Origin: Myxococcales bacterium
GTDB taxonomy: Bacteria; Myxococcota_A; UBA9042; JABWCM01; BTVJ01
Direction: 5' to 3'
NCBI GenBank assembly: GCA_045863395.1
Contig: BTVJ01000003.1
Coordinates: 64,001-128,000, forward strand
DNA length: 64,000 nt
Positions 48,123-58,016 of the stretch are shown here, one piece after another. The notes beneath the pieces were generated by a model. That model was not told the DNA's origin. It saw nothing but the letters and a program-made list of their open reading frames with translations, and did not search any database. The translations under genes were made by a program, and so were the position numbers. Each line of letters opens with the position of its first letter. Positions within the stretch are counted from its first letter, which is position 1.

Positions 48123-48932
48123 CTACCAGACCATGACCCCCGCGTAGCCGACGACCTCCGCGTCGTCGCCGGTGATGGCGCCGGAGTGGGTGTGGGACAC
48201 GACCCGGGCCGCGGTGGCGCCAAGGGCGATGGCAGCGCGGAGCATGACCACGGCAGGCACCACGCCGCACATGGAGATGTCGTTGTCTGCGACCACCCGG
48301 TAGAGGGCCGCGGGGTCCAGGGCGCGCAGCTCCGCGAGGGCAAGCTCGTCCTTGCGCAGCGTCGCCGCAGCGCTCTCGTAGTGGTTCATGTCGCTGCTCG
48401 CGACGATGAGCACGTCGCCCGCGTCGCGAACCGCCCCAGCGATGGCGTCGCCGAGCGCCAGCGCGTCGTCGAGGCTCAGGTGGCGTAGCGCGACGGGGGT
48501 GACGCGGACCCCCGGGTTGCGCGCGTGGAGGAAGGGGAGCTGGAGCTCGCCAGAGTGCTCGGCGCGGTGGGCGACGGGGTCGGCGCGGAGCAGGGGCGAG
48601 GCTGCAAGGAGCGCGGAGGCCATGGGCTCGTCCACGGGGACGAGGGCGCCCGGGATCGCCCAGTGCCCGTCGGGCCAGACCGCGCAGGGGCGCCCGTAGC
48701 CGCGATGATTGACGCTGAGGACGATCACCCGCTCCGGCACCTCCACGCGGGCGAACAGGGCGCCGGCCACGCCGCCGCTGTACCTGTAGCCGGCGTGGGG
48801 GCTCATCACGCCGATGCAGCGCTGCGGCGCAACTCCTTCCGGGGGAGCCATCACACGTTGGAGCGTGGCATGCAGCGACGCGGGGTCGCTCGGATACCAG
48901 CCGGCTTGGGCGAAGAAGGGCTCTCGGATCAT
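48123..48932 (-). CDS. MEMO1-like protein (AmmeMemoRadiSam system protein B)
   Basis: AGWYP, PHAGYRYSG, EHSGELQLPFL, ASSDMNHY, SMCG and VVGYA. Confidence 0.92.
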   Translation of the reverse strand: MIREPFFAQAGWYPSDPASLHATLQRVMAPPEGVAPQRCIGVMSPHAGYRYSGGVAGALFARVEVPERVIVLSVNHRGYGRPCAVWPDGHWAIPGALVPVDEPMASALLAASPLLRADPVAHRAEHSGELQLPFLHARNPGVRVTPVALRHLSLDDALALGDAIAGAVRDAGDVLIVASSDMNHYESAAATLRKDELALAELRALDPAALYRVVADNDISMCGVVPAVVMLRAAIALGATAARVVSHTHSGAITGDDAEVVGYAGVMVW

Positions 48933-48992
48933 GGGGCACCTCCACGGTGACGCCCCGTGAGTGTGGATCCGCTGCCGGTGTCGTGCAACCCG

Positions 48993-49877
48993 TCAGTGCG
49001 GGTGGGTGCGCAGGAACTTCTCGATGCGGAGCGCAAGCAGCTCCGGGAACTCCAGGGGGACGTAGTGGGTCGCGCTCGGCACGACGAAGAGCTCCGCGTC
49101 CGGGAGCGAGTCCGCCATGCGCCGCGCCACGGAGGCGGGGGTGAACAGGTCCCGCTCACCCGCGATGACCAGCACCGGGACGCGGATGGACTCGAGGACG
49201 TCCCACGCGTCGTGGTTGCCGAGCCGCTCGAAGATCTCGGTGTAGGCGCCGAAGTCCAGGCGCACATACTCGGACGCCAGCTCCATGAACAGCTCCACGT
49301 CCGCCGTGTGGCCGAGCAGCCCAATCTGGCGGAGCGCCCAGACCGCGGCCCGCGAGCCGGCCACGTGGGGAGCCACGCCGCTGGCGAGCGTCCAGTTGCG
49401 CCGCACGATGTCCAGCACGCCGGGCATGAACCGCTCGAGGAGATCGGATCGGAAGGCGGTGCGAAACGGGGAGCCACAGGTGCCGTTGATGGCGACGAAG
49501 GCCCGCGCACGGTCCGGGTGCATGCGGTGGAACTCGAAGGCCACCTGGACGCCCATGCTCCAGCCGAGGACGGTCGGGGCCTCGATGCACTCGGCGTCCA
49601 GGACCGCGGCCATGTCGCGGACATGGTCCTGCACCTCGTAGGCGTCCACGGAGGGGGCGGGCTCCGAGGCGTACAGGCCGCGGTAGTCCCAGCTCACGAT
49701 GCGGTTTTCCGGGCCAAACCAGTCGATGAGGTGCCGCCAGGCGCGGATGTTGCCCCCCAGACCATTGGCGAGGACCATCGGGGGGCCGTCCGGGTTGCCG
49801 GCGACGTGATAGGTGAGGCGGGTCCCGTCGAAGCTCGTCACGGTGCGGACGTCGACGGGGACGTTCTTGCGGGTCAT
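48993..49877 (-). CDS. Alpha/beta hydrolase
   Basis: DGTRLTY, NGLGG, WDYRG, nucleophile GWSMG, GERDLFTP and ATHY. AGGAGG RBS before ATG 49877. Confidence 0.92.
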   Translation of the reverse strand: MTRKNVPVDVRTVTSFDGTRLTYHVAGNPDGPPMVLANGLGGNIRAWRHLIDWFGPENRIVSWDYRGLYASEPAPSVDAYEVQDHVRDMAAVLDAECIEAPTVLGWSMGVQVAFEFHRMHPDRARAFVAINGTCGSPFRTAFRSDLLERFMPGVLDIVRRNWTLASGVAPHVAGSRAAVWALRQIGLLGHTADVELFMELASEYVRLDFGAYTEIFERLGNHDAWDVLESIRVPVLVIAGERDLFTPASVARRMADSLPDAELFVVPSATHYVPLEFPELLALRIEKFLRTHPH

Positions 49878-49939
49878 GGGACCTCCTGGCGCCGGGAGCA
49901 TAGCAGCGGTGGCGGCCGGCGACAACGCGCCATTCGGCG

Positions 49940-51190
49940 TCACCGGGGGAGGGGAGAGCCGTGGCGAGTCACCTCGGTGCCATCTGGCAGGAAGAAGCGC
50001 GCGCGGCCGTTCACCGCGTCGTCCGTGTAGTCCCAGCCATACGCGGCGATGCCCGAGCCGTCTGTCACGGGCTGACCGTCCAGGCCCACCCAGGCCTTGC
50101 GGACGAGGCGACCCTGCGTGTCGACCGCCAGGACCGTTCGGGCGATCCCGCGGAAGGTGGCGACCGGGGAGCCGCCCCCGTCCAGGGTCTCCTCCAGCAC
50201 CGCGTGGCCCTGCGCGTCCCGCTCCGTGCGGGTCGTCACCACCCCATCGGTGGTGGGCGCCGGGGCGCGGGTCGGGCCGAGGCGTGTGGTCCGCAGCGCG
50301 TTGCCCGCGAAGTCGCGCTCCGTGACCAGGACGCTCGCCCCCGTGAGGTCCGCCATCGGGGCGCCGGTGGCGTCGTGGTAGGACACCTCCACGGGCATGT
50401 CGGCGGGGTTGTGAGCGGTGCGAACGCTCCAGAGCCCCTGCGGGCCGGGCACCGGGGCGCCGTCGAGGCCGACCCAGCGCTGCTCCAGTACGGCACCAGT
50501 CGACGAGCGGCGCAGGACCACCGCGTGGGCGGCGCCTCCCCACGGGGTCGTGGGGCGGCCCTCTGCGTCCTGCGCGCGCCGCTCCACGACGAGGCCGTCC
50601 CGCACGGTGAGCAGCTCCACTCCGGATGGGTCGGTGCGTGTCCATCCGTCGCCGGGTCCCGCCGACAGGGTGACCAGGCCGAGGGGGCGTCCCGCCGCGT
50701 CGAGGCGCTCGACGAGCACGTGGGTCGCCGTCGCCTCGCGGTAGAGCTCGACAGCGGGACCGCCATCCTCCCCTTCCAGGGCGCCGCTCCCGTCGCGGCG
50801 CTCGATGCGCGCAAGGCGGCCGCCCTCGCACACATACGCGAAGTGGTCCGCCGGCGGCCGGGGCCCCTTCAGGGCGCCGACCCCGCGCACCTCCAGCTCC
50901 GTGACGCCACGGGCGTGCCACCGGGAGGCGCCGTCCGGGCAGGCCAAGGGGTGCGGAGGGCTGGGAGCGGGCCTCGTAGCTTGGGGCATTGCGGGCCCCC
51001 CGGCGCTCTTTGGGGCAGGGGCCTCCCCTCCGCTCTTCGGGGCAGGGGCCTCCCCTCCGCTCTTTGGGGCCGCGGCCTCTGCCGTGCTTCTCTCGGGCGG
51101 GTGCTCTGGGGCGCCCTGCGGCGGCCCCTCGGCGCGGCAGGCAGCGCTCAGCGCGATGGCGAGGAGCGCAGCGAGAGAACGCGCGCTCAT
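49940..51190 (-). CDS. Lipoprotein with 32-aa YD-like beta repeats
   Basis: Signal ending LSAAC, an EAPAPKSGG linker, then about five 32-aa repeats (G-x4-E/R-x3-G-x-D-G-x-P...G...D). Confidence 0.7.
   Translation of the reverse strand: MSARSLAALLAIALSAACRAEGPPQGAPEHPPERSTAEAAAPKSGGEAPAPKSGGEAPAPKSAGGPAMPQATRPAPSPPHPLACPDGASRWHARGVTELEVRGVGALKGPRPPADHFAYVCEGGRLARIERRDGSGALEGEDGGPAVELYREATATHVLVERLDAAGRPLGLVTLSAGPGDGWTRTDPSGVELLTVRDGLVVERRAQDAEGRPTTPWGGAAHAVVLRRSSTGAVLEQRWVGLDGAPVPGPQGLWSVRTAHNPADMPVEVSYHDATGAPMADLTGASVLVTERDFAGNALRTTRLGPTRAPAPTTDGVVTTRTERDAQGHAVLEETLDGGGSPVATFRGIARTVLAVDTQGRLVRKAWVGLDGQPVTDGSGIAAYGWDYTDDAVNGRARFFLPDGTEVTRHGSPLPR
51004..51079. repeat. 27-bp coding tandem repeat (~2.8 copies)
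   Basis: CGCTCTTYGGGGCAGGGGCCTCCCCTC units, encoding EAPAPKSGG on the minus strand. Confidence 0.9.
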
Positions 51191-51255
51191 GGACGCACCC
51201 GCCTGGCGCCTTGCCGGGTACCGGTAGGGCCCCTGTTCTTGTAGACTCCGCGCCC

Positions 51256-51879
51256 ATGAGTGTGAGCCGACACCGCTGGTTGTCATGGGCCCTGCTGGTC
51301 CTGCTGTTCGAGGCGCCGGCGCACGCGGACGAGGGCCTGCACGCCCAGCTCCTCTTCGGCTTCGACTCCTTCGCCGTCCATGACCCACTCCCCATGCGGG
51401 GGGGCGCCCTCCACGTGGGGGCAGGGTCCTTCGGGCCGGCGGCGCCCCCGATGGAGCTGCACGTCGGGGCGAGCATCCTGCCGCGGTTCGGCCTCGATCT
51501 GGGGCTGGGGCTGCGGTGGGCCACCCTCCACGAGGACCCGGAGGTCGTGCGCCATGACGCGGACGTGTGGCTGGCTGCGCGCGTGTGGCCCTGGACGGCG
51601 GCAGCGCCCATCGCACCGTTCGTCGACCTGGGCGGCGGCGTCTCGTCCCGCTCGCTCACCCGAGAGCCGTGCGTGATCGCCTGCCCGGACCGTGGCGCCG
51701 AGCTCCCGCGAATCACGCGGGCGCTGCTCGTAGCGGGTGTTGGCGCCGAGTGGTACCCGGGCGCGAGCGGCGCGCACCTCGTGACGCGGCTGGACGCGCG
51801 GGCGGCGCTGCCGGCAGAGCGCGTGGGGACGGACGTGCGCGTGACGGGGACGGTGGGTGTCGGTTGGCGCTGGCGCTGA
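51256..51879 (+). CDS. Putative small outer-membrane beta-barrel protein
   Basis: Signal peptide ending AHA, amphipathic strands (PFVDLGGG, GVGAEWY) and C-terminal VTGTVGVGWRWR. Confidence 0.6.
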   Translation: MSVSRHRWLSWALLVLLFEAPAHADEGLHAQLLFGFDSFAVHDPLPMRGGALHVGAGSFGPAAPPMELHVGASILPRFGLDLGLGLRWATLHEDPEVVRHDADVWLAARVWPWTAAAPIAPFVDLGGGVSSRSLTREPCVIACPDRGAELPRITRALLVAGVGAEWYPGASGAHLVTRLDARAALPAERVGTDVRVTGTVGVGWRWR

Positions 51880-51881
51880 GC

Positions 51882-53102
51882 TCACTGCGGCGCCCCCAAC
51901 CTTGCTGCCATCAGCGCCTCGGCCTCCTCCCTGGTCGCGACCTCGCCGCGGAGCTGTGCATCCTCCAGCGCCTCCAGGGCGGGGCGGAACGAGGGGCCTG
52001 CCCGGTAGCCCAGCGCCATGAGGTCGTCGCCGGTCAGCAGCCGCGGGGGGCACAGCTCCTCTGCGGAGAAAGCGGCCAGCGCGGCTTCGCAGCGGCTCAC
52101 CGCGACCAGGTCGCCGTGGCCGTCCTCGGCGTCGGCCCGCCACAGGGCGAGCAGCGCACGCGCATGTTCGTGCCGAAGGAAGCGCTTGAGCTTCGCGGCG
52201 TCCGGCGACGGCATCTCGTCTGCGAGCGCGCGGCCGGCCACCAGCGCCCGTAGGCGGACCGTCTCCGCATTGGACAGCCGCAGGCGGCGGCCGGCGGCCT
52301 CAGCCTCGGCACCGGTGCCTCGATGCAGCAGGACGGCGAGGCCGAGCACGCCGTCCCCGGGCGGGAGCCGGTCCAGCACTCGCGCCTCGTGCTCCAGCGT
52401 GCCCCTCGCCTCGGGGAGCACGGCGTCGCGGAGCCCCAGTGACCGGAGCAGCCGGGCTCCGGCCGCGGCGCCCCCCTCGGACAGCGTGCGCAGCAGCTCC
52501 TCCCGGATGCGCTCGGCGCTGACGCTCCGCACCTCTGGCGCGAGGCGGGTGATCGCCTCGGCGGTCCCGGCCTCGATGTCGAAGCCCAGGCGCGCCGCGA
52601 AGCGCACAGCCCGCAACATGCGCAGGCGGTCCTCCGCGAAGCGCTCTTCGGGGCGGCCCACCGCGCGGATCACGCGGGCCGCCAGATCCTCCTGCCCGCC
52701 GACCCAGTCGATGACGGCCCCGCGCTCCGGGTCGTAGAGCAGCCCGTTGATCGTGAAGTCGCGGCGCAGCACGTCCTCGCGCGCCGTGGCGTGCTCCACC
52801 CGGTCGGGCCGTCGCCCGTCGCTGTAGCCGTGCTCGGTGCGGAAGGTCGCCACCTCGAAGGCGGCTCCGGCGTAGTGGACCTGCATGACCCCGAACGCTG
52901 CCCCGATGGGCACCGTGCGTGAGAATGTGGCGCGCACCTGCTCCGCCGTGGCGGACGTGGCGATGTCGTAGTCCTTGGGGGCCACCCCGAGCAGCATGTC
53001 GCGGACACATCCGCCAGCGAAGTAGGCTTCGTGGCCCGCTTGCGAGAGCCGCCGCGCGACCGCCGCCGCCTTGTCGTGGAGGGTCCTGTCCGTCTTGCTC
53101 AT
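51882..53102 (-). CDS. cca: Class II tRNA nucleotidyltransferase (CCA-adding/poly(A) polymerase family)
   Basis: GGCVRD, DYDIAT, EVATFR, RRDFTING and EDRLRMLRAVRF; no HD domain. Alternative GTG start at 53108. Confidence 0.88.
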   Translation of the reverse strand: MSKTDRTLHDKAAAVARRLSQAGHEAYFAGGCVRDMLLGVAPKDYDIATSATAEQVRATFSRTVPIGAAFGVMQVHYAGAAFEVATFRTEHGYSDGRRPDRVEHATAREDVLRRDFTINGLLYDPERGAVIDWVGGQEDLAARVIRAVGRPEERFAEDRLRMLRAVRFAARLGFDIEAGTAEAITRLAPEVRSVSAERIREELLRTLSEGGAAAGARLLRSLGLRDAVLPEARGTLEHEARVLDRLPPGDGVLGLAVLLHRGTGAEAEAAGRRLRLSNAETVRLRALVAGRALADEMPSPDAAKLKRFLRHEHARALLALWRADAEDGHGDLVAVSRCEAALAAFSAEELCPPRLLTGDDLMALGYRAGPSFRPALEALEDAQLRGEVATREEAEALMAARLGAPQ

Positions 53103-53104
53103 GC

Positions 53105-54520
53105 TCACCGCCCCAGGTGCTCGAGGGCCCACCGCTGGAACAGGGGCTCCGCCTTCATCTCTATCAGGCCGAGCAGCGAGCGCGCCACCTCGGGCCGGGT
53201 CGCTCGAAAGGTGGTCTCGGCATCCAGCCGGCGCAGGCCGCCCACGTCGCCGTCGAGCACCAGCTCCCGCAGGTGTCCGGCGAGGATCAGCGCGCGCTCC
53301 TCGTCGCTGCGGTCGGCGTCGAAGATCAGCGGCAGCGGTGGGGGCAGCGAGGCGTCGGCGGCCAGCGCGGGCAGCTTCCCCAGGGCGAGCAGCTCCTGGC
53401 GGTGGCGCCCCTGGAGGATCTCCAGGAGCTCCTGCCTCTGCCGGCCCGGGCGCGCCAGGGCCTCGACGACTGTCTTGGGGCGCGCCGGTGGCTGCTCGGG
53501 ACCCACGTCGGCGGGGCCCGCGTCCGGCGTGGCGGGCCCCGGCTCCTCGGGGTCGCTGCGCAGGACAGGGGGCGTGCCCGCGACGCTGGGGGGGGCATCG
53601 GAGCCCAGCGTCCACAGGCGCGCAACCACCGCGAGGAACAGGAGGGTCCCCGCGGCGGCGATGATCACGGAGCGCCGGTCGCGGCGACGCACGAGCTGCG
53701 CCACCACGGAGCGGTCCAGGACCGTCGGCTCTGGGGTGGGGAGCTCGAGGACCGCGAGGGGTCCTGCCTGCGCCACCCCCGGGGGGCCGAGCAGCGCGAC
53801 CACCGCCGTGGCGTCGTCCCGCGAGCCCCGCTCCCGGGCGAGGGCCACCAGCATGCGGGCTGCCAGGTCCGGGGCGTGGGCTGCTGCGAGCTGCCCGATC
53901 TCCGCGTCCTTCACGGTCGCGCCCACGCCGTCGCTGCAGAGCACCAGCCGGTCCCCGACGCGGAGCGGCAGGGGCGTCTCCTCCACCAGGGCGAAGAGCT
54001 TGCCTCGCTGGCCGAGGAACCCGCTGAGCACGCGCCCATCCGGGTGTCCCTGGGAGCGGGACCACTCGATCTCGCCAGCGTCCAGGCGCTGCTGGAGCAG
54101 CGTGTGATCACGCGAGAGCCGCACGATCCCTCCGCTCTCCATCACCCGGTAGATCCGCACGTCGCCGGTGTTCGCCATCCAGAGGCGAGTGCCGTCGATC
54201 AGCGCGACCGCGCAGGCGGCGCCGAGGCGGCGGGTGCCGTCCTTGGCCGACAGGTGCTGGATGTTGACGTGAGCTGCCTCCAGGGCCTCATGCAGGGTGT
54301 GGGCGGTCGGCGCGCCCTCCCCCAGCACGCTGCTGACGGTGTTGACGGCGATGCGCGCCGCCATGCCTCCTCGGTCACGCCCCCCCATGCCATCTGCGAG
54401 GACCAGCGCCACGCCGGCGCCCACCGCCCCCGCCGCGGCGCAGTCTTCGTTCTCCACATGCGACGGGCCCCGGTCCGTCCAGTGTCCGATGGTGACCGAG
54501 GGAGGGTCAGGGTGTGTCAT
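53105..54520 (-). CDS. PP2C/PPM Ser/Thr phosphatase with TM helix and C-terminal extracytoplasmic domain
   Basis: ENED, LADGMGG, NTGDVRIY, DHT, LCSDG and DDAT, then TM IIAAAGTLLFLAVV. Confidence 0.88.
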   Translation of the reverse strand: MTHPDPPSVTIGHWTDRGPSHVENEDCAAAGAVGAGVALVLADGMGGRDRGGMAARIAVNTVSSVLGEGAPTAHTLHEALEAAHVNIQHLSAKDGTRRLGAACAVALIDGTRLWMANTGDVRIYRVMESGGIVRLSRDHTLLQQRLDAGEIEWSRSQGHPDGRVLSGFLGQRGKLFALVEETPLPLRVGDRLVLCSDGVGATVKDAEIGQLAAAHAPDLAARMLVALARERGSRDDATAVVALLGPPGVAQAGPLAVLELPTPEPTVLDRSVVAQLVRRRDRRSVIIAAAGTLLFLAVVARLWTLGSDAPPSVAGTPPVLRSDPEEPGPATPDAGPADVGPEQPPARPKTVVEALARPGRQRQELLEILQGRHRQELLALGKLPALAADASLPPPLPLIFDADRSDEERALILAGHLRELVLDGDVGGLRRLDAETTFRATRPEVARSLLGLIEMKAEPLFQRWALEHLGR

Positions 54521-54527
54521 GGCCGGG

Positions 54528-57500
54528 TCAGCTTACCGTCCTGGTCAGCACACGGTAGAGGTTGGTCGTGAGCTCGTCTTGGGTGCGCACGAGCTGCTCG
54601 CCGTGCTCCAGGATTCCCCGGGTCTCCCGCACGTGGGAGCGCACGTCCTTGAGCACCGACGCGATCTTGGCCAGCGCCGGGCGGAGCGCAGCGTCCTGGG
54701 CCATGTCGCGCAGCAGCGCCTCCAGCTTCTGCCAGTCGGAGAAGAGCTGGGCCAGGCCCTCCCGCCCCTGGACGATCTCCCGGCGGCCCGTCTCCAGGCG
54801 ATCTCTGCTCTGCTCCAGCTCGAGCAGACACATGCGGATGCTCTCGCTCGCTCCCCGCAGCTCCTTCCTCAATCGGGCGGTGGTCTCCTCCTGCTCCGCG
54901 CTCGGCGCGCCCGGCGGCGGCGGCGGGGCCAGCGCTGCCGCCTTGCTGAGGTCCCGCAGAGCGCCCTCCAGCTCCTTGGCCCGGTTGCGCGACTCGTCCA
55001 GCGACAGGCGCAGGGTTCGAACCTGCATGTTCAGCGAGTTGCGCTCCCGCGTGATCTCCTCGAGGGCTGCCGTTGCGCGCTCCAACTCTTCGGCCGTCGC
55101 GGCGTCCACGGCGGCGGCGACGAGCACCGGCTCGCTGACCGTGTGCTCACCGGCGGTCTCGCGGATCGGGATCTCCTCGGCCAGGGACCGGGCGTCTCGC
55201 AGCTCGGACTCGAGGAGCGCCACCTGCTGCTCCAGCCGAGCGGCGTGCCCGCGCATCGTGGCGAGCTGGGCTTGGGCCAGACTGTCCGCGTCGGCGTGTT
55301 GGCGCTGCTCCGCTGCCCGCGCCTGGTCGGCGCTCGCCCGCGCCGCATCCTCCCGGGCCGCGGCCTCCCTGGCCTCCCTGGCCTCGCTGACCGCCGCGTC
55401 GTGCTCCTCGCGCAGCGCCTTGAGCGCCGACCGCGCAGCGTCGAGGGCTGCGTCCTGCTCCGCGATGCGCGCGTCCCCCGCGGCGCGCTCGTGCTCCGCC
55501 TGGGCGCGCAGGTCCTCCAGCTCCCGGGAAGCGGCCGCGAGAGCCCCCCGGGCCGTCTCGGCCTCCCGCGCCGCTGCGCCGAGAGCGTCCCGTGCCTCCT
55601 GGGCCTCCCGGGTCGCGAGCGCATGCCCCTCGCGCGCCTCGTCGATGGCCATCTGGAGCGCGTCGAGGGCTGCCTGCGCCTGCTCCTGACCCTGGCGCTC
55701 GACGCGGAGCGCCTCCTGCAGGGCGGCCACGGCCTCGTTCGCCTGCGCGGCCTCGCGGGTCGCCTCGGCCACCCTCGCCCGCAGGGCGTCCGCCTCCGCT
55801 GCTGCCTGTGCCTTGGCGGCCTCCAGCTCCCCCCCCCGGGCCCTCAGCTCGTCCTCGAGCAGCCCGACCTGGCTCTCCAGCGCCACGGTCCGCGCCAGGA
55901 GGCGCTCGCGGTCGGTCCCCAGCTCGGCGCCTCGTGTCCGCAGGTCCGCGGCCTCTCGCTCGAGCTCGACGCTCTTCGCGTGCGCCGCGAGGGCTTCCCT
56001 CCGAGCATCGTCGAGCGCAGCGACCAGCGCCGCGGCCCTCTGCTCGCTCGCCTCGAGCTCCGCTCGGAGCTGCTCCCCCTCCCGCGTCGCCTCCACCAGC
56101 GCGTCCCGGACCTCCTCCGCCGCCTCGACGGCCGCCGTGAGCTCCCGCTCCCGGGCCATCAGGGCGCCGATGGTCTGGTCCCGCTCCGCGAGGCGAGCTA
56201 CCGTTGCGCGGAGCTCCTCGCGCGCCTGCTCCGCCTCGTCCATGGCGTTGCCGAGGAGCTCTTCGAGCCCCGCGATCTGCTGGGTGAGCCTCAGGTGCTC
56301 GGCGGCCAGCTCCTGGGCCTTGGCGAGGGACTCCGTGAGCTGCGCCTTCTGGCGTGCCTGGTCGGCCTTGGCCTGCTCCGACGAGGCCTCGGCTCTCTTG
56401 GCTGCCGCCTCCGCCGCGGACCGCGCCGCGTCGCGCTCGTCCGCGGCGGCTCGCGCGCGGTCCTCTGCGCGCTGCACCGCCGCGAGCGCCTCGGCCAGCG
56501 CCGACTCGGTGGTGTCCAGCAGCTCGGCGCGTGCCTGCAGCGCCGCCACCTGGGCGTGCAGGTCGGCCTCGGCGTCCTTGCGTGCGCGGAGCTCGCGCTC
56601 CAGGTCTGACACCCGGGCTTCGCGAGTCCCGACGAGCGCGATGAGCCTCGCCTCCTCCTCCCGCAGCGCCCCGAGGGACTGTCTCGCCTCCGCGGCCTGG
56701 GCCTGCGCGCTCTGTGCAGCCCCATGCCAGCTCTGGGCGTCGCGCCTGGCCTCGTCGAGGGCGGCGTGTGCGGCCTCCAGCTCCTCCGCGGCCGTGTTCC
56801 GCTCGGCGACGACCACCTCCAGCGCCGCTCGCGCCGCGTCGAGCTCCGCCTGGAGGCTGGCCTCTTGCGCCGACTCCTGGTCCGCGCGTGCCGCCTCCGC
56901 TTCGCTCGCCAGCGCGGCGAAGCGCTCTGCCTCGGCTGTCGCCGCCTGCTCCGCGGCGTGGGCGCGCGCCTCGAGCGTCTCCCGCTCCCGCTCCGCGTCC
57001 TCCATGTGCTGCTCGAGGACGGACTGGTACTCGTCGCGGACCGCCTCGATTCGCCCGACCGCGTCCTCCTGAGCCTGCTTCAGCTCGTCCCGCATGCCGG
57101 AGATGCGGTCGTTGACGACCTTGACTTCGGCCTCCAGGAGGGAGCGCTCCATGATGGCGCCGCGAAGGAGCTGCTCCAGCGTCCGCGCCGTCCGCTCGCG
57201 TTCGACGATCTCCTCGCCGAGCCGCTCCATGACGGCCTCTTTCTCGATGTGCGCGGCCTCGGCGGCGTCGAAGGCACGCTGGCGCTCCTCGCCGAGCCGT
57301 CGCGCCTCTCGCCGAGCCTCCGTCAGCTCCGCCTGGAGGCGCTCGATCTTCTGCTTGTAGAGTGACTGGCTGCGGTCCAGCTCTCGCAAGAAGGCGCCGA
57401 TGGCGTTGGTGCCGTCCGGAGTCTCCCCGTCCGCGGCTGCTGGGGGCTCCGCGTCGGCTCCGGTCACGTCCTCGTCGGGTTCCGCCTCCGGGGTCAGCTC

Positions 57501-57923
57501 GATGTCCGTGTCGTCCAGCTCAACGGTCTCGAGGGGGGGCGGCCCCGCGAGGGCTTGGCCCGCCCCTGGCATCAGGCGGGCAAGCGCGGGCGCAAGCGTC
57601 TGAAGTTTCAATGGCTTGGCGATGAAGTAGTCCGCGCGGGCTGCGCCATCGGTGCCGAGACGGGTCGAGCCGGACCGCTCGAGGAGCACGAGGGGCACCG
57701 TCGAGAGCTGCGCGTCCTGCTTGAGCGCCTCACAGACGTGGTCCACTTGAGGCGTGTCCGCAGACAGGAAGATGACGTCGGGCCTGCGCCACCTGGCTGC
57801 CTCGACGACGTCCGCGCCCCGCGCCGACTGCACGAGCTCGTAGCGGCGCCCGTCGAGGAGCTGGGAGAGCAGGTTGTAGGTGCGGTGGTCCTCGTCGGCC
57901 ACCAGGATCAGGCCTCTCTCCAT
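54528..57923 (-). CDS. Pseudo-receiver plus very long coiled-coil protein (FrzS/AglZ-like architecture)
   Basis: N-terminal receiver fold (ILVADED...RPDVIFLSAD...ADYFIAKP), an acidic linker, then ~950 aa of Ala/Glu/Arg heptads. Confidence 0.85.
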   Translation of the reverse strand: MERGLILVADEDHRTYNLLSQLLDGRRYELVQSARGADVVEAARWRRPDVIFLSADTPQVDHVCEALKQDAQLSTVPLVLLERSGSTRLGTDGAARADYFIAKPLKLQTLAPALARLMPGAGQALAGPPPLETVELDDTDIELTPEAEPDEDVTGADAEPPAAADGETPDGTNAIGAFLRELDRSQSLYKQKIERLQAELTEARREARRLGEERQRAFDAAEAAHIEKEAVMERLGEEIVERERTARTLEQLLRGAIMERSLLEAEVKVVNDRISGMRDELKQAQEDAVGRIEAVRDEYQSVLEQHMEDAERERETLEARAHAAEQAATAEAERFAALASEAEAARADQESAQEASLQAELDAARAALEVVVAERNTAAEELEAAHAALDEARRDAQSWHGAAQSAQAQAAEARQSLGALREEEARLIALVGTREARVSDLERELRARKDAEADLHAQVAALQARAELLDTTESALAEALAAVQRAEDRARAAADERDAARSAAEAAAKRAEASSEQAKADQARQKAQLTESLAKAQELAAEHLRLTQQIAGLEELLGNAMDEAEQAREELRATVARLAERDQTIGALMARERELTAAVEAAEEVRDALVEATREGEQLRAELEASEQRAAALVAALDDARREALAAHAKSVELEREAADLRTRGAELGTDRERLLARTVALESQVGLLEDELRARGGELEAAKAQAAAEADALRARVAEATREAAQANEAVAALQEALRVERQGQEQAQAALDALQMAIDEAREGHALATREAQEARDALGAAAREAETARGALAAASRELEDLRAQAEHERAAGDARIAEQDAALDAARSALKALREEHDAAVSEAREAREAAAREDAARASADQARAAEQRQHADADSLAQAQLATMRGHAARLEQQVALLESELRDARSLAEEIPIRETAGEHTVSEPVLVAAAVDAATAEELERATAALEEITRERNSLNMQVRTLRLSLDESRNRAKELEGALRDLSKAAALAPPPPPGAPSAEQEETTARLRKELRGASESIRMCLLELEQSRDRLETGRREIVQGREGLAQLFSDWQKLEALLRDMAQDAALRPALAKIASVLKDVRSHVRETRGILEHGEQLVRTQDELTTNLYRVLTRTVS

Positions 57924-58016
57924 GCTGGCCGCATCCCGTCCAGGTTCAGAAACCGCGGAAATCTGGCCGATCCTAGTGCCGCGCCACGCAGGCTGTCAAC
58001 CAAACGACAGGACCCG

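Noticed and set aside
49940..51190. RHS toxin
   Set aside because: Too short, with no RHS core or DPxG cleavage motif, no toxin tip and no immunity gene.
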